DNA from: Candidatus Adlerbacteria bacterium
GTDB taxonomy: Bacteria; Patescibacteriota; Minisyncoccia; Phycocordibacterales; SBAW01
Length of the DNA stretch: 56,105 nt
Assembly (NCBI GenBank): GCA_903884345.1
Contig: CAISEE010000001.1
Span: forward strand, 1 to 56,105
Reading direction: 5' to 3'
Under the pieces are notes generated by a model. It saw only the letters and a list, made by a program, of their open reading frames with translations, was not told the origin of the DNA and made no database searches. Below are positions 42,869 to 51,431 of the stretch, one piece after another; positions within the stretch are counted from its first letter, which is position 1, and each line of letters opens with the position of its first letter. Position numbers and translations under genes: made by a program.

Positions 42869-44203
42869 GTGAAGCAGAACCTGCACCTCGAGTACATCTC
42901 GATAGCTGAATTACAAGAATGCGAATATAACCCGCGCGTCTGGAGCGAATCAGACCGAGTACAGTTGAAGAAAAGTATCACCGAGTTTGGTCTCGTGGAC
43001 CCACTCATCCTCAACTCCACTCCTGAGCGCATGAATGTGGTTGTGGGTGGCAACTTCCGCCTCAAAATGCTCAAGGAACTCGGGTACGAGCAGGTACCCA
43101 TCGTACGGGTGCATTTGACGCTCGAAAAAGAAAAAGAGCTCAACATCCGCCTCAACAAAAACCAAGGGCAGTTTGATCTGTCACTCTTAGCACAGTTCGA
43201 TGAATCTTTCTTGGCGGACATCGGATTTAACTCTGAAGAGCTCGACCATATATTCGAGGACGATACCAAGGAAGAGCAGTTTGATCTCACCAAAGAGTTG
43301 GAAAAACTTGATATCACCACCATTACCGTGCAAAAGGGCGATATCTACGAGATCGACGGGTCCCGCCTTATGTGCGGCGACAGCACAATTGAGAAAGATG
43401 TACTCACCCTTGTAGGCGACGAGCGATTGGACATGGTCATGACTGACCCTCCATACCGTTTACAATACCTACAAGGCAAAACACGCAACGGTGAATCGAC
43501 GACCGGCTTCGGCGCTAAAAAGAATCGGCGCTACCTTGAGACCGAGTCGATACCACTGGATTTCACTACCCTTTGGATGGAAAACGTCGCTAAAGTTGCT
43601 TCGAAAGATTTTTCCATCATTGTCTACGAAAACTGGAAGAACCTGCGCGAAATCTGGGGTGAGATGGAGAAACACTGGAAGGTGCGCAATATGCTCGTGT
43701 GGCATCTCCCCAATCGCAACCAAGGGTACGCGAGCGATCACAAATTTTTCTCCAAGCATGACATCGCTATGGTCGGCACAAGCGAGGAGCGTGCTAGCAT
43801 CACCCAAGAGGAGGAAAACGAGCTGGTCGAGAATGAGTATCGAACTGCATTATTTGCCATTAACGGTAAACCCGCGTGGGAGGGCTATGCCAAGGGCAAG
43901 AAGTACTGTCCCACCGACTTTATCGAGTTCAACGCGGCGGACGAGAAAAGTAGCGGACAAGGCATCATCTTCGGCGTAAAACCGCTCCCCATCCTCATCC
44001 CCTACATTAAGGTACTTACGAGACGCGGACAGCTCGTCATGGAACCATTCGGCGGGAGCGGATCGACACTCATTGCATCCATCACGCTCGGCCGACGCTG
44101 CTACTTGATGGAGAAGTCCCCTGTATATGCGGAGGTGATACTGCGTCGATGGGAGAAGCACACGGGTAAGACCCGCACGAAGATTTATGGCGCGCAACAG
44201 TGA
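42869..44203 (+). CDS. ParB/Srx-like nuclease domain fused to N4/N6 DNA methyltransferase
   Basis: GTG start. The N-terminus LQECEYNPRVW...VVGGNFRLKML is ParB-like. The C-terminus carries the DPPY catalytic motif (MTDPPYRL) and the SAM loop EPFGGSGST. Confidence 0.85.
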   Translation: MKQNLHLEYISIAELQECEYNPRVWSESDRVQLKKSITEFGLVDPLILNSTPERMNVVVGGNFRLKMLKELGYEQVPIVRVHLTLEKEKELNIRLNKNQGQFDLSLLAQFDESFLADIGFNSEELDHIFEDDTKEEQFDLTKELEKLDITTITVQKGDIYEIDGSRLMCGDSTIEKDVLTLVGDERLDMVMTDPPYRLQYLQGKTRNGESTTGFGAKKNRRYLETESIPLDFTTLWMENVAKVASKDFSIIVYENWKNLREIWGEMEKHWKVRNMLVWHLPNRNQGYASDHKFFSKHDIAMVGTSEERASITQEEENELVENEYRTALFAINGKPAWEGYAKGKKYCPTDFIEFNAADEKSSGQGIIFGVKPLPILIPYIKVLTRRGQLVMEPFGGSGSTLIASITLGRRCYLMEKSPVYAEVILRRWEKHTGKTRTKIYGAQQ

Positions 44204-44720
44204 TGACCGATCCCTCTTTCTGCGCACGCTGGCAGAATATCCGTACATCTACTACGCCGCAAAGAAGGCGGGCATTTCGCCTGCCACCATCCACCGCTGG
44301 ATGAATAGCAATCCCGATTTCAAGAAGGAAGTGCAAAAGACCAAGCGGGAGGGGCTTATGAATCAGAACGAGAAGGTCGAGATGGTGCTGGTGAATAGCG
44401 CTCTAAAGGGTTCGATGACGGCGGTTAAGTTCTACCTCACCCACAACAGCAAAAAGTACCGACCAACGCGGCCGGCGTTTCCGCCACCTGCGATAAGCGC
44501 TGAAGAGCGCGAGATGTACCGCGTGGTGTATGCGTGGGCGGTACAGAACAAACCCATGCCAATAGAGACGCGTGAGCGGATTATGCGCGCGTTCAAAAAA
44601 CATGGATACTTCGACGGGACCGGTGGGTTGACCGAGGTCTTCAAACAGAAGTTTGGGTTTTTCTTGGAAGGTGAAGGCGGTTCGGAGAAGGAAAAGACGA
44701 GCGATTTTAATGGAATGTAA
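44187..44720 (+). CDS. HTH protein, phage small-terminase-like
   Basis: 177 aa, overlapping the methylase end by 17 nt. AKKAGISPATIHRWMNSNPDFKKEV is a classic HTH as seen at the N-terminus of TerS-type proteins. Confidence 0.5.
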   Translation: MARNSDDRSLFLRTLAEYPYIYYAAKKAGISPATIHRWMNSNPDFKKEVQKTKREGLMNQNEKVEMVLVNSALKGSMTAVKFYLTHNSKKYRPTRPAFPPPAISAEEREMYRVVYAWAVQNKPMPIETRERIMRAFKKHGYFDGTGGLTEVFKQKFGFFLEGEGGSEKEKTSDFNGM

Positions 44721-45279
44721 CTCCTCCTTTCTTCAGCTCATCTCGGATCTCCAAATAGTTAGGGATGGTCTTGGCGACCAAGTTCCAAAACTTCTGCGAG
44801 TGGTTGAATTGCCCAAGGTGGCACAGCTCGTGCACAATGATGTAGTCAGAGAGTCGAGGTGGCAGAAGTGCGATCTTGTAATTGAAGTTAAGATTGCCCT
44901 TCTTCGAGCAACTCCCCCAGCGCGTCTTTTGATTCTTGATGTTGATTTTGTTGAATCGAAACTGGTAGACCTTGTTGAAGTGCTCGATACGACTCTCTGC
45001 AACCTTGAGCGCCTTCTCTTTGTTGTCCAAATATTCTTCTTCGTCGTTCGTCGTCTTGAACACAAAGCTCGACACCGTCTTGAAGTACGCCATTTTGTCC
45101 AGAATCCATTTGGACTTTTGAATGATAAACTTCTCGACAAGATTCGCATCAGTAGCCTTTGGCACGGTCACCACGAAGGCCCCATCGCAGTAGATCGCGA
45201 GACGCATACGCCGAGCGTGTTTACTCACTCGCAGGGTGTACTCGACTTGTTGCCTGTGCAGTTCTATCTGCTTTTTCAT
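44707..45279 (-). CDS. YgjP-like (DUF45, M48-family) zinc metallopeptidase
   Basis: 190 aa with a C-terminal HELCHL (HExxH) followed by NHSQKFW. Located 2 nt downstream of hsdR, a common partner arrangement. Confidence 0.85.
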   Translation of the reverse strand: MKKQIELHRQQVEYTLRVSKHARRMRLAIYCDGAFVVTVPKATDANLVEKFIIQKSKWILDKMAYFKTVSSFVFKTTNDEEEYLDNKEKALKVAESRIEHFNKVYQFRFNKINIKNQKTRWGSCSKKGNLNFNYKIALLPPRLSDYIIVHELCHLGQFNHSQKFWNLVAKTIPNYLEIRDELKKGGVTFH

Positions 45280-45281
45280 AA

Positions 45282-48194
45282 CTAGAATTTACGGATCACC
45301 ACGTCAATGAGTCGGTTGAGGTACTTTTGGAAGTCCGACACTTTGATGCGATCGCGGTACTCCTTGAGAATCAACTCCTGCAAGGTACGCTTCGCCTCCT
45401 TCAGAAACTCCTCTCTCTTGGACGAATCCTGCCAGCCAGAGTCCAACACATTCTCAAGCCGAAGGGTCATCTCTTTGATGAATTCCTTCAGCACCACAGG
45501 GTCGGTCTCTCCCACAAACTCCTGCGAGATTACATACAGCCCATACTCGTTAAGTTTGTAACCGAGTTCATTCGCTTCTTCGTTTTTTGTCTTGATATCA
45601 TTCAGCAACTCGTAGTATCGCTTGAGGCGCTCGGCAAGGTCTATCTGATTTTTCTCAAAATCCGCTCGAATTGCGACCAATCGCTCGCTGAACTTCTGGA
45701 ACGCCGGATGCGTGTCGATACTGATCGATATCTCGCGCTTGAGCATCTTCTCGAGGTTGAGCGCCTTTTCTTCATCAGGCTGCTTATCAAGACGATTTAA
45801 GGCTGCGACGTCATGCACATTCAGCTCGCGGAAGTTCTTGGTAATGCCCTCGTAATCGATCTTGTCTTGAATGAGGCTCTTGATCTTCTCGCCATACTCG
45901 GCAAGCGAGAACGCGTCCACACCATCGTCTTGAAATTCTTTGACGAAGGCCAGATAGAAGCTCGTCACCCACTCAAAGCGACGCAGAAACTCCATCAAGA
46001 ACGGGTCGGGCGAGAGGATCTCAAACAGCATCTTCAGCCGCGCGTATTTGTCCTTAAAGAACTGCTGCCTGCTCTGGTTCTCAATAAATATCTTCAAACA
46101 GCGGCGCAGATTATCGATCGACGGGTCTTCGATATTCACCCCCTCGAACAGGCTCATGACTTCGCCCAACACATGCGTAAACTCTTCCTTCAATCGGTCG
46201 ATGTTGACCATGGCCGAATCGACCACGCTCTCGTCAAAGTTGAGTGCGTCATAGAGGTTCTTTGTCACGCCATAGTAGTCAATGATCTTGCCGCAGCCCT
46301 TGTTGGGGTACACACGGTTGGTGCGCGCAATCGCTTGGAGCAGGTTATGGTCGCGCAGTGGCTTATCGAGATACATCACCTGCTCGACTGGTGCATCAAA
46401 GCCGGTCAGGAGCATGTCGCAAACAAGGAGGAACTTCAGCGGATGATTTGCATCCTTAAACTGCTCGATAATCTTCTCACGCTTTTGCTTGTTGGTGTTG
46501 TACTTCTTAAGGTCGTCGCTCTCGCTGTTGGGGTCGCCCGGCGAATACACCACCTCCGACCACTCGGGCGGCACCAATGTGTCGAGCAAATCCTTAAACT
46601 TCGCTGTCGCCTCGCGGTCGTAGCAGACAATCTGCGCCTTAAAGCCGTTGGGCAACACATATGCCCGGTAGTGCTCGATAATGTCTCGCGCGACCGCCTC
46701 CATACGCTTGTCGAGCTTCACGAGCGCCTCCTTCTTGCCGTAGCGTTTGGTCAGCGCGTCTTTTTGCGCCGCGGTCAGCTCGGTCGTCATCCCGTTAAAC
46801 TGCTCGTCGAGCTTCTTCTCGTCGATAAAAAACTTCGACAGCCGCGCCTCGTAGGTCACAGGCAACGTCGCCCCATCTTCTATCGCCTGCTGAATCGAGT
46901 AGTAGTCAAGGTATCGCTCGCCATCCTCGCCGAAATTGCGGTACGTATTGATTTTCTGCTTATCAATCGGTGTCCCCGTAAAGCCAAAGAAGAACGCATC
47001 CTTAAACGCGTTGCGCATCTTAATCGCCGAGACACCCTCATTGTCTCGGTGTGCCTCGTCGGATAGGACAATCACATTGCCGTCGATACTCTCGATATCC
47101 TCCAGCTCGCTAAACTTCTGGATGGTGGCGATAAAGATACCGCGGTCGGCTCCTTTGATCTTCTTCTCCAAGTCCTTGCGCGACTCAACGCGAATCAGGT
47201 TCTGCCCGCCCCAACTGTCGAACTCGTCGAAGACCTGCTCGTCGAGGTCGACGCGGTCAATGAGGATGAATACCTTGGGGTTCTTGAGCTCAGGAGCATA
47301 GCGCAGCTTCCACGCTGTAAAGAACATGGTGAGCGTCTTGCCCGACCCTTGGGTGTGCCAGATGAGCCCCTTCTTGTGCTCGCCATTCTTCACGCGGTCG
47401 ACAATCTTGTTGGCAGCGTAGAGCTGCTGGTAGCGAGCGATCTTCTTGGTCACGCCGTCCTTCTTCTTTTCGAACACGATGAAATTCTTGAGCACATCGA
47501 GCAGCCGCGCCTTATCGAGCAAGTAAAACAGCGTCGCGTCCAGCTCCTCCTCAAACTGCCCCTTATCGCCATGCGGATCTTCGCGCCACGTCAGGAAGTA
47601 CTGCTTGGGCGAATAGGTGGCACCGTAGACCGTCTTCAATCCATCAGTCGCAATATTGAAAGCATTCGGCAAAAACAGCTTCGGCGCGACGCGCTCGTAG
47701 CGCTTGAGCTGGTCTATAGCATTCTCAAACGAGACCGAGCTGGACGCGGTCGGACTCTTCGCCTCGATGTCACAAAGCGGCAAACCATTCACAAACACCA
47801 ACACGTCGGTGCGGATGTTCTCGGTCACGCCTTCGAAATAGAACTGATTGGTGACGACGAAGTGGTTATTCTCGACCACATCAAAGTCGACAATCTTGTA
47901 GTCGCGGTTCTTGCCCGTCTCAGCATCCTTAAGGTTGATACCGTTGCGAATAGCCAACAAAAACGCCTCGTTGGTATCGAGTTTCTTCACCTCGCGCACC
48001 ACACTCTGTGCCGTCGTTTCGTCCACTCCATTTATCTTCTGCACTGCAGCAAGCAAGTGTGGGGTAATGATGTACTCGTTCTCAAAAGCGCGAAGCTTTG
48101 CAAACTCCTCGGGCTTTATGTACTCATACCCCAGCCGCTCGCGCAGGAATTTGATGACGTGGTATTCGACTGTGTATTGTTCGTTGAATTTCAT
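45282..48194 (-). CDS. hsdR: type I restriction enzyme R subunit
   Basis: 970 aa with an N-terminal nuclease region, helicase Walker A HTQGSGKTLT, DEAH box LSDEAHR, motif VI QAIARTNR and a long helical C-terminus. Confidence 0.95.
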   Translation of the reverse strand: MKFNEQYTVEYHVIKFLRERLGYEYIKPEEFAKLRAFENEYIITPHLLAAVQKINGVDETTAQSVVREVKKLDTNEAFLLAIRNGINLKDAETGKNRDYKIVDFDVVENNHFVVTNQFYFEGVTENIRTDVLVFVNGLPLCDIEAKSPTASSSVSFENAIDQLKRYERVAPKLFLPNAFNIATDGLKTVYGATYSPKQYFLTWREDPHGDKGQFEEELDATLFYLLDKARLLDVLKNFIVFEKKKDGVTKKIARYQQLYAANKIVDRVKNGEHKKGLIWHTQGSGKTLTMFFTAWKLRYAPELKNPKVFILIDRVDLDEQVFDEFDSWGGQNLIRVESRKDLEKKIKGADRGIFIATIQKFSELEDIESIDGNVIVLSDEAHRDNEGVSAIKMRNAFKDAFFFGFTGTPIDKQKINTYRNFGEDGERYLDYYSIQQAIEDGATLPVTYEARLSKFFIDEKKLDEQFNGMTTELTAAQKDALTKRYGKKEALVKLDKRMEAVARDIIEHYRAYVLPNGFKAQIVCYDREATAKFKDLLDTLVPPEWSEVVYSPGDPNSESDDLKKYNTNKQKREKIIEQFKDANHPLKFLLVCDMLLTGFDAPVEQVMYLDKPLRDHNLLQAIARTNRVYPNKGCGKIIDYYGVTKNLYDALNFDESVVDSAMVNIDRLKEEFTHVLGEVMSLFEGVNIEDPSIDNLRRCLKIFIENQSRQQFFKDKYARLKMLFEILSPDPFLMEFLRRFEWVTSFYLAFVKEFQDDGVDAFSLAEYGEKIKSLIQDKIDYEGITKNFRELNVHDVAALNRLDKQPDEEKALNLEKMLKREISISIDTHPAFQKFSERLVAIRADFEKNQIDLAERLKRYYELLNDIKTKNEEANELGYKLNEYGLYVISQEFVGETDPVVLKEFIKEMTLRLENVLDSGWQDSSKREEFLKEAKRTLQELILKEYRDRIKVSDFQKYLNRLIDVVIRKF

Positions 48195-48196
48195 AG

Positions 48197-49039
48197 CTAC
48201 TTATCCAATTTCTCTGGCTTTTTGAGACCCTTTGCTTCATCTGACTTCAACTTTCGCTCTATCTTTTTTATATCTTCTTCTACTGGCAACTTTTCAGGCA
48301 CAATACCTCGACTAAGTAACGTCTTCCGAACGCTTCGATTGTTAGTGATGTGTTCCTCGGATATAGCGAGTTCAGAACGAAGACTTTTCTCTTTCGTGTT
48401 GAATATGGTTATTTCTGTAGCAAAGTCTTTTGCTTTAAGCAGTATTGTCGGTTGAAAATCTGCAAGCGCACGCGAATCAGGCACACCAAGTCGCTTCTTC
48501 ATCTCTTGAGTTGTGTATCCAAAGAGCGCCTTATCACCCTTGCTGCGAATTAAACCAAAATTCTTGTCGCTCCCCGTTTGTTGGAAAATAACTCCGGACA
48601 ACTTCTTTTCGGTCTCGGTTAGTTTGTGACGAGCAAGCAAGCGTTCAGAATCTTGTATTCGTTTTTCTATAACTTCAAACTTCCGTGTTTGAAGTGCAAA
48701 ATAATTTTGGGCAAAAGCTATCTCCTCCTTGCGGGGGTCACCGTTTTGAGCAATCAAATAACAAGCAAACCGAGTCAACATAATATCCTCGATTTCTCGC
48801 TCACTTCCCGACCCAAGTCTGACCATTTTCCCGGCGTCGGCAAAATGGTCTGCGACCAAATGTCCCGAGGTTTCGCAAGCTATTTTCGCTTTGGATATAA
48901 CTCCCAAAAAGTTAACCCACTTGTCATATCCAAGTAATTGTTGCAGATCACGAGCAAGCCAAAACTCCACACCCTCATTAGTCTTGTTGGCATAGGATTC
49001 AAAGTTATTTGTGAGCGATTGGATTACTTCTTTTTTCAT
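48197..49039 (-). CDS. dinD: DNA-damage-inducible protein D (DinD)-like
   Basis: 280 aa. The N-terminal FESYANKTNEGVEFWLARDLQQLLGYDKW...FACYLIAQNGDPRKEEIAFAQNYF matches my memory of DinD-family proteins. Located 2 nt upstream of hsdR. Confidence 0.75.
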   Translation of the reverse strand: MKKEVIQSLTNNFESYANKTNEGVEFWLARDLQQLLGYDKWVNFLGVISKAKIACETSGHLVADHFADAGKMVRLGSGSEREIEDIMLTRFACYLIAQNGDPRKEEIAFAQNYFALQTRKFEVIEKRIQDSERLLARHKLTETEKKLSGVIFQQTGSDKNFGLIRSKGDKALFGYTTQEMKKRLGVPDSRALADFQPTILLKAKDFATEITIFNTKEKSLRSELAISEEHITNNRSVRKTLLSRGIVPEKLPVEEDIKKIERKLKSDEAKGLKKPEKLDK

Positions 49040-49077
49040 ATTGTATGAATACTAGCAATGTTAATGGAGTCTCATAA

Positions 49078-49731
49078 CTATGCAACTACATTCAACACTT
49101 TATATTTCCAAGCCGGAGGATCAATACTTTCTTGGTAAGTATCACTTTCTACAAAGTAGGCTTTATATTTATAAGGAGATTTCTTCGGTCCATTAAATTT
49201 TGTAAAAAACTTAGGTCTATTAACATTCTCATCTCCTTTACTCTCTACGTAGTCAATCCACTCATAAGGAACAAGGCCGACAGGGTAAGCAATTTGTATA
49301 TGATCCTGGCCTTCAAATTCTTGCTTGAGGTATAATTTTCCATCATTGTGTTGATATACACCAACTGGCATAGCACAAAAGAATTCAACACCATCAAACC
49401 TTGTGGACTTAAGTTCCGCACCTAAGTAGGTATACCCGTTTCTATCGGCTTCGTTTGTCTCTGGATAGTGTGTGAAATATTTTTTTACATTTATCAGTTC
49501 AACTTTTCTGCCCACACCCGCACCACGATCACCCAGGAGATCATTAACCTGTTTTTTTATTTCGGCTTTATGTATTAGATGATCCTTAATACCTAACCTC
49601 TTGGAGAGAAAATACACATGGTAGGCAATAAATCCACCGATGATAATGCCTAACAATCCAACAGAATTACTACTCAGCCATGCCAAAAGAATAGCCAACT
49701 TTCCTGTAATAGTTTGAAGTAGCGATGTCAT
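49078..49731 (-). CDS. membrane-anchored hypothetical protein embedded in the R-M operon
   Basis: 217 aa. N-terminal hydrophobic hairpin (LAILLAWLSSNSVGLLGIIIGGFIAYHVYFL) and a soluble Tyr/Lys-rich C-terminal domain. Its start overlaps the hsdS stop by 4 nt. Confidence 0.6.
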   Translation of the reverse strand: MTSLLQTITGKLAILLAWLSSNSVGLLGIIIGGFIAYHVYFLSKRLGIKDHLIHKAEIKKQVNDLLGDRGAGVGRKVELINVKKYFTHYPETNEADRNGYTYLGAELKSTRFDGVEFFCAMPVGVYQHNDGKLYLKQEFEGQDHIQIAYPVGLVPYEWIDYVESKGDENVNRPKFFTKFNGPKKSPYKYKAYFVESDTYQESIDPPAWKYKVLNVVA

Positions 49732-50951
49732 AGAGTTCTAACCTTCCCACTCAACAAATCCTGCATCAGACCTTTTTTGAGAAGGATTAGTTTGGCTTTT
49801 AATTTTTTATTGATAGATATCTTTTCATCTACTAAAGAGAGAATTTCCACTATTTTATTTTGCTCTGTTTTTCCTGGAATGCCAATTTTAACTAATTTAA
49901 TATCACTGGTATTTACCACCTTTTGAGTTGATCCTCCAACCTTCGAATGCATCTGTCGACTAGAGAGCGGAGAATTGATTGCGTAGTATAAAAACTGTGG
50001 ATTTACCATACTTTGATTTGCCCGTATGATCACAACATTCAAACAATTAGCCTCAATCAACTCATTAGGAACAATACATGCTAATCCACTATAACCATGT
50101 CGTGCAATTAATATATCACCAGGCTTCAGCTGCGACTTTACATTTTTCTTATGAAAGTCAGAGGTTACGCACTTCATCTCATTAAAATCAATACCCCAAT
50201 CTTTTAGATTTCCCGTACGCAACATCGGGATACCGCTCGAGTCAGTGTAGTATGGCTCACACACACCGACGAAACCCACAACGATTTTATCGGACGATTC
50301 ATGTAGGGACACAACCTGCCATGTTGCGGGAATTTCACCAATATCTGTTTCTTTAAATTTCGTGTGCCCAATACCACGAGTAAAAAGTTGCTGCATCAAC
50401 CCACTCTTGAGCTTTTCTGTCGCTGCAATAATCTCGTCGGTTTTTTGAATCTCCTCATCCACGGCACCCAAAATCTCCGCAATCTTTTTTTGTTCAACTA
50501 TAGGAGGAAGGACGGCAGGCATATTTCGCAAAGCTGGACCATTGATTGCTGTAAAAGTTGACCCTTGGGCCATTGCATTCAAAGACTCTTTCATCGACTT
50601 AATAATCTGAAAAAGAAAGGCCTGATTTACAACCCCTGGTTTTGCCCTCAAAGCGGCCAAGCCACGCCCGATGCATGCTTTTCTATCGTTTAAAGCGATA
50701 TCTCCGACGGGCGCACGGACAGAGAGCAGGATGTCTCCACTTTCAGACATTTTTATTGGTGCAGACGTCCACTGTCTAACCACCACACCACCTGTTTTCG
50801 AGAAATCCGCCTTACCTTGGAAAAAGGGCACCCCGACTCCGTCTTGATTGTACGAATCGGAGCTAGGAGATTGCCCCATTTCTAATTCAGCAATAGACGA
50901 TAGAGTTGCTGACTGCCATTCTTTCGGAATTACAACGTTAGTTCTTGCCAT
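49728..50951 (-). CDS. hsdS: type I restriction-modification specificity subunit
   Basis: 407 aa with two target-recognition domains. Each is followed by the conserved helical spacer (LPPIVEQKKIAEILGAVDEEI and GKTEQNKIVEILSLVDEKI). Confidence 0.9.
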   Translation of the reverse strand: MARTNVVIPKEWQSATLSSIAELEMGQSPSSDSYNQDGVGVPFFQGKADFSKTGGVVVRQWTSAPIKMSESGDILLSVRAPVGDIALNDRKACIGRGLAALRAKPGVVNQAFLFQIIKSMKESLNAMAQGSTFTAINGPALRNMPAVLPPIVEQKKIAEILGAVDEEIQKTDEIIAATEKLKSGLMQQLFTRGIGHTKFKETDIGEIPATWQVVSLHESSDKIVVGFVGVCEPYYTDSSGIPMLRTGNLKDWGIDFNEMKCVTSDFHKKNVKSQLKPGDILIARHGYSGLACIVPNELIEANCLNVVIIRANQSMVNPQFLYYAINSPLSSRQMHSKVGGSTQKVVNTSDIKLVKIGIPGKTEQNKIVEILSLVDEKISINKKLKAKLILLKKGLMQDLLSGKVRTL

Positions 50952-51426
50952 AATTTTTTATCAGAAAAAGCAACTTTTTGAGTGATGGTAAGCGGTTGAA
51001 ATATTTCCGATATTCTCTACCGGCCTTGTCGTAGACAACAATGTAGTAAACCTTGGAAAAATCAAGCAAATCTTGCTCAGTAGTAATTTGAGTCTCTGGC
51101 TGTTCTTCTGTTAGAACACGGTTTACACCATTCAGACTATCGCTCAATAACAGAGCCCCTCCCTTAAAAAGCATAATGCCGACATTACCTATGGCGACAG
51201 GACGACGACCGGCGTTTGTGATTGTTATAACAAAATAGGTCAGGTCCTCTGAATACAGAGGTGCGGCATTTATAATCAGCATTCCCTTCTGGTATTTGAT
51301 ATTTATTCGCGGACGATCTATCCAAGCGTTGTAAGAGGACACGAGAAGGGCACCTGTTGCAACAACGGCACCGTACCACGCAACGGTGTTCGCTGAGATT
51401 TGAATTGAGATGTTGGGCATAAACAT
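50938..51426 (-). CDS. membrane-anchored hypothetical protein embedded in the R-M operon
   Basis: 162 aa with one N-terminal TM (VAWYGAVVATGALLVSSYNAW) and a beta-rich C-terminal domain. Starts 5 nt after the hsdM stop and overlaps the hsdS start by 14 nt. Confidence 0.6.
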   Translation of the reverse strand: MFMPNISIQISANTVAWYGAVVATGALLVSSYNAWIDRPRINIKYQKGMLIINAAPLYSEDLTYFVITITNAGRRPVAIGNVGIMLFKGGALLLSDSLNGVNRVLTEEQPETQITTEQDLLDFSKVYYIVVYDKAGREYRKYFNRLPSLKKLLFLIKNYGKN

Positions 51427-51431
51427 AAAAT

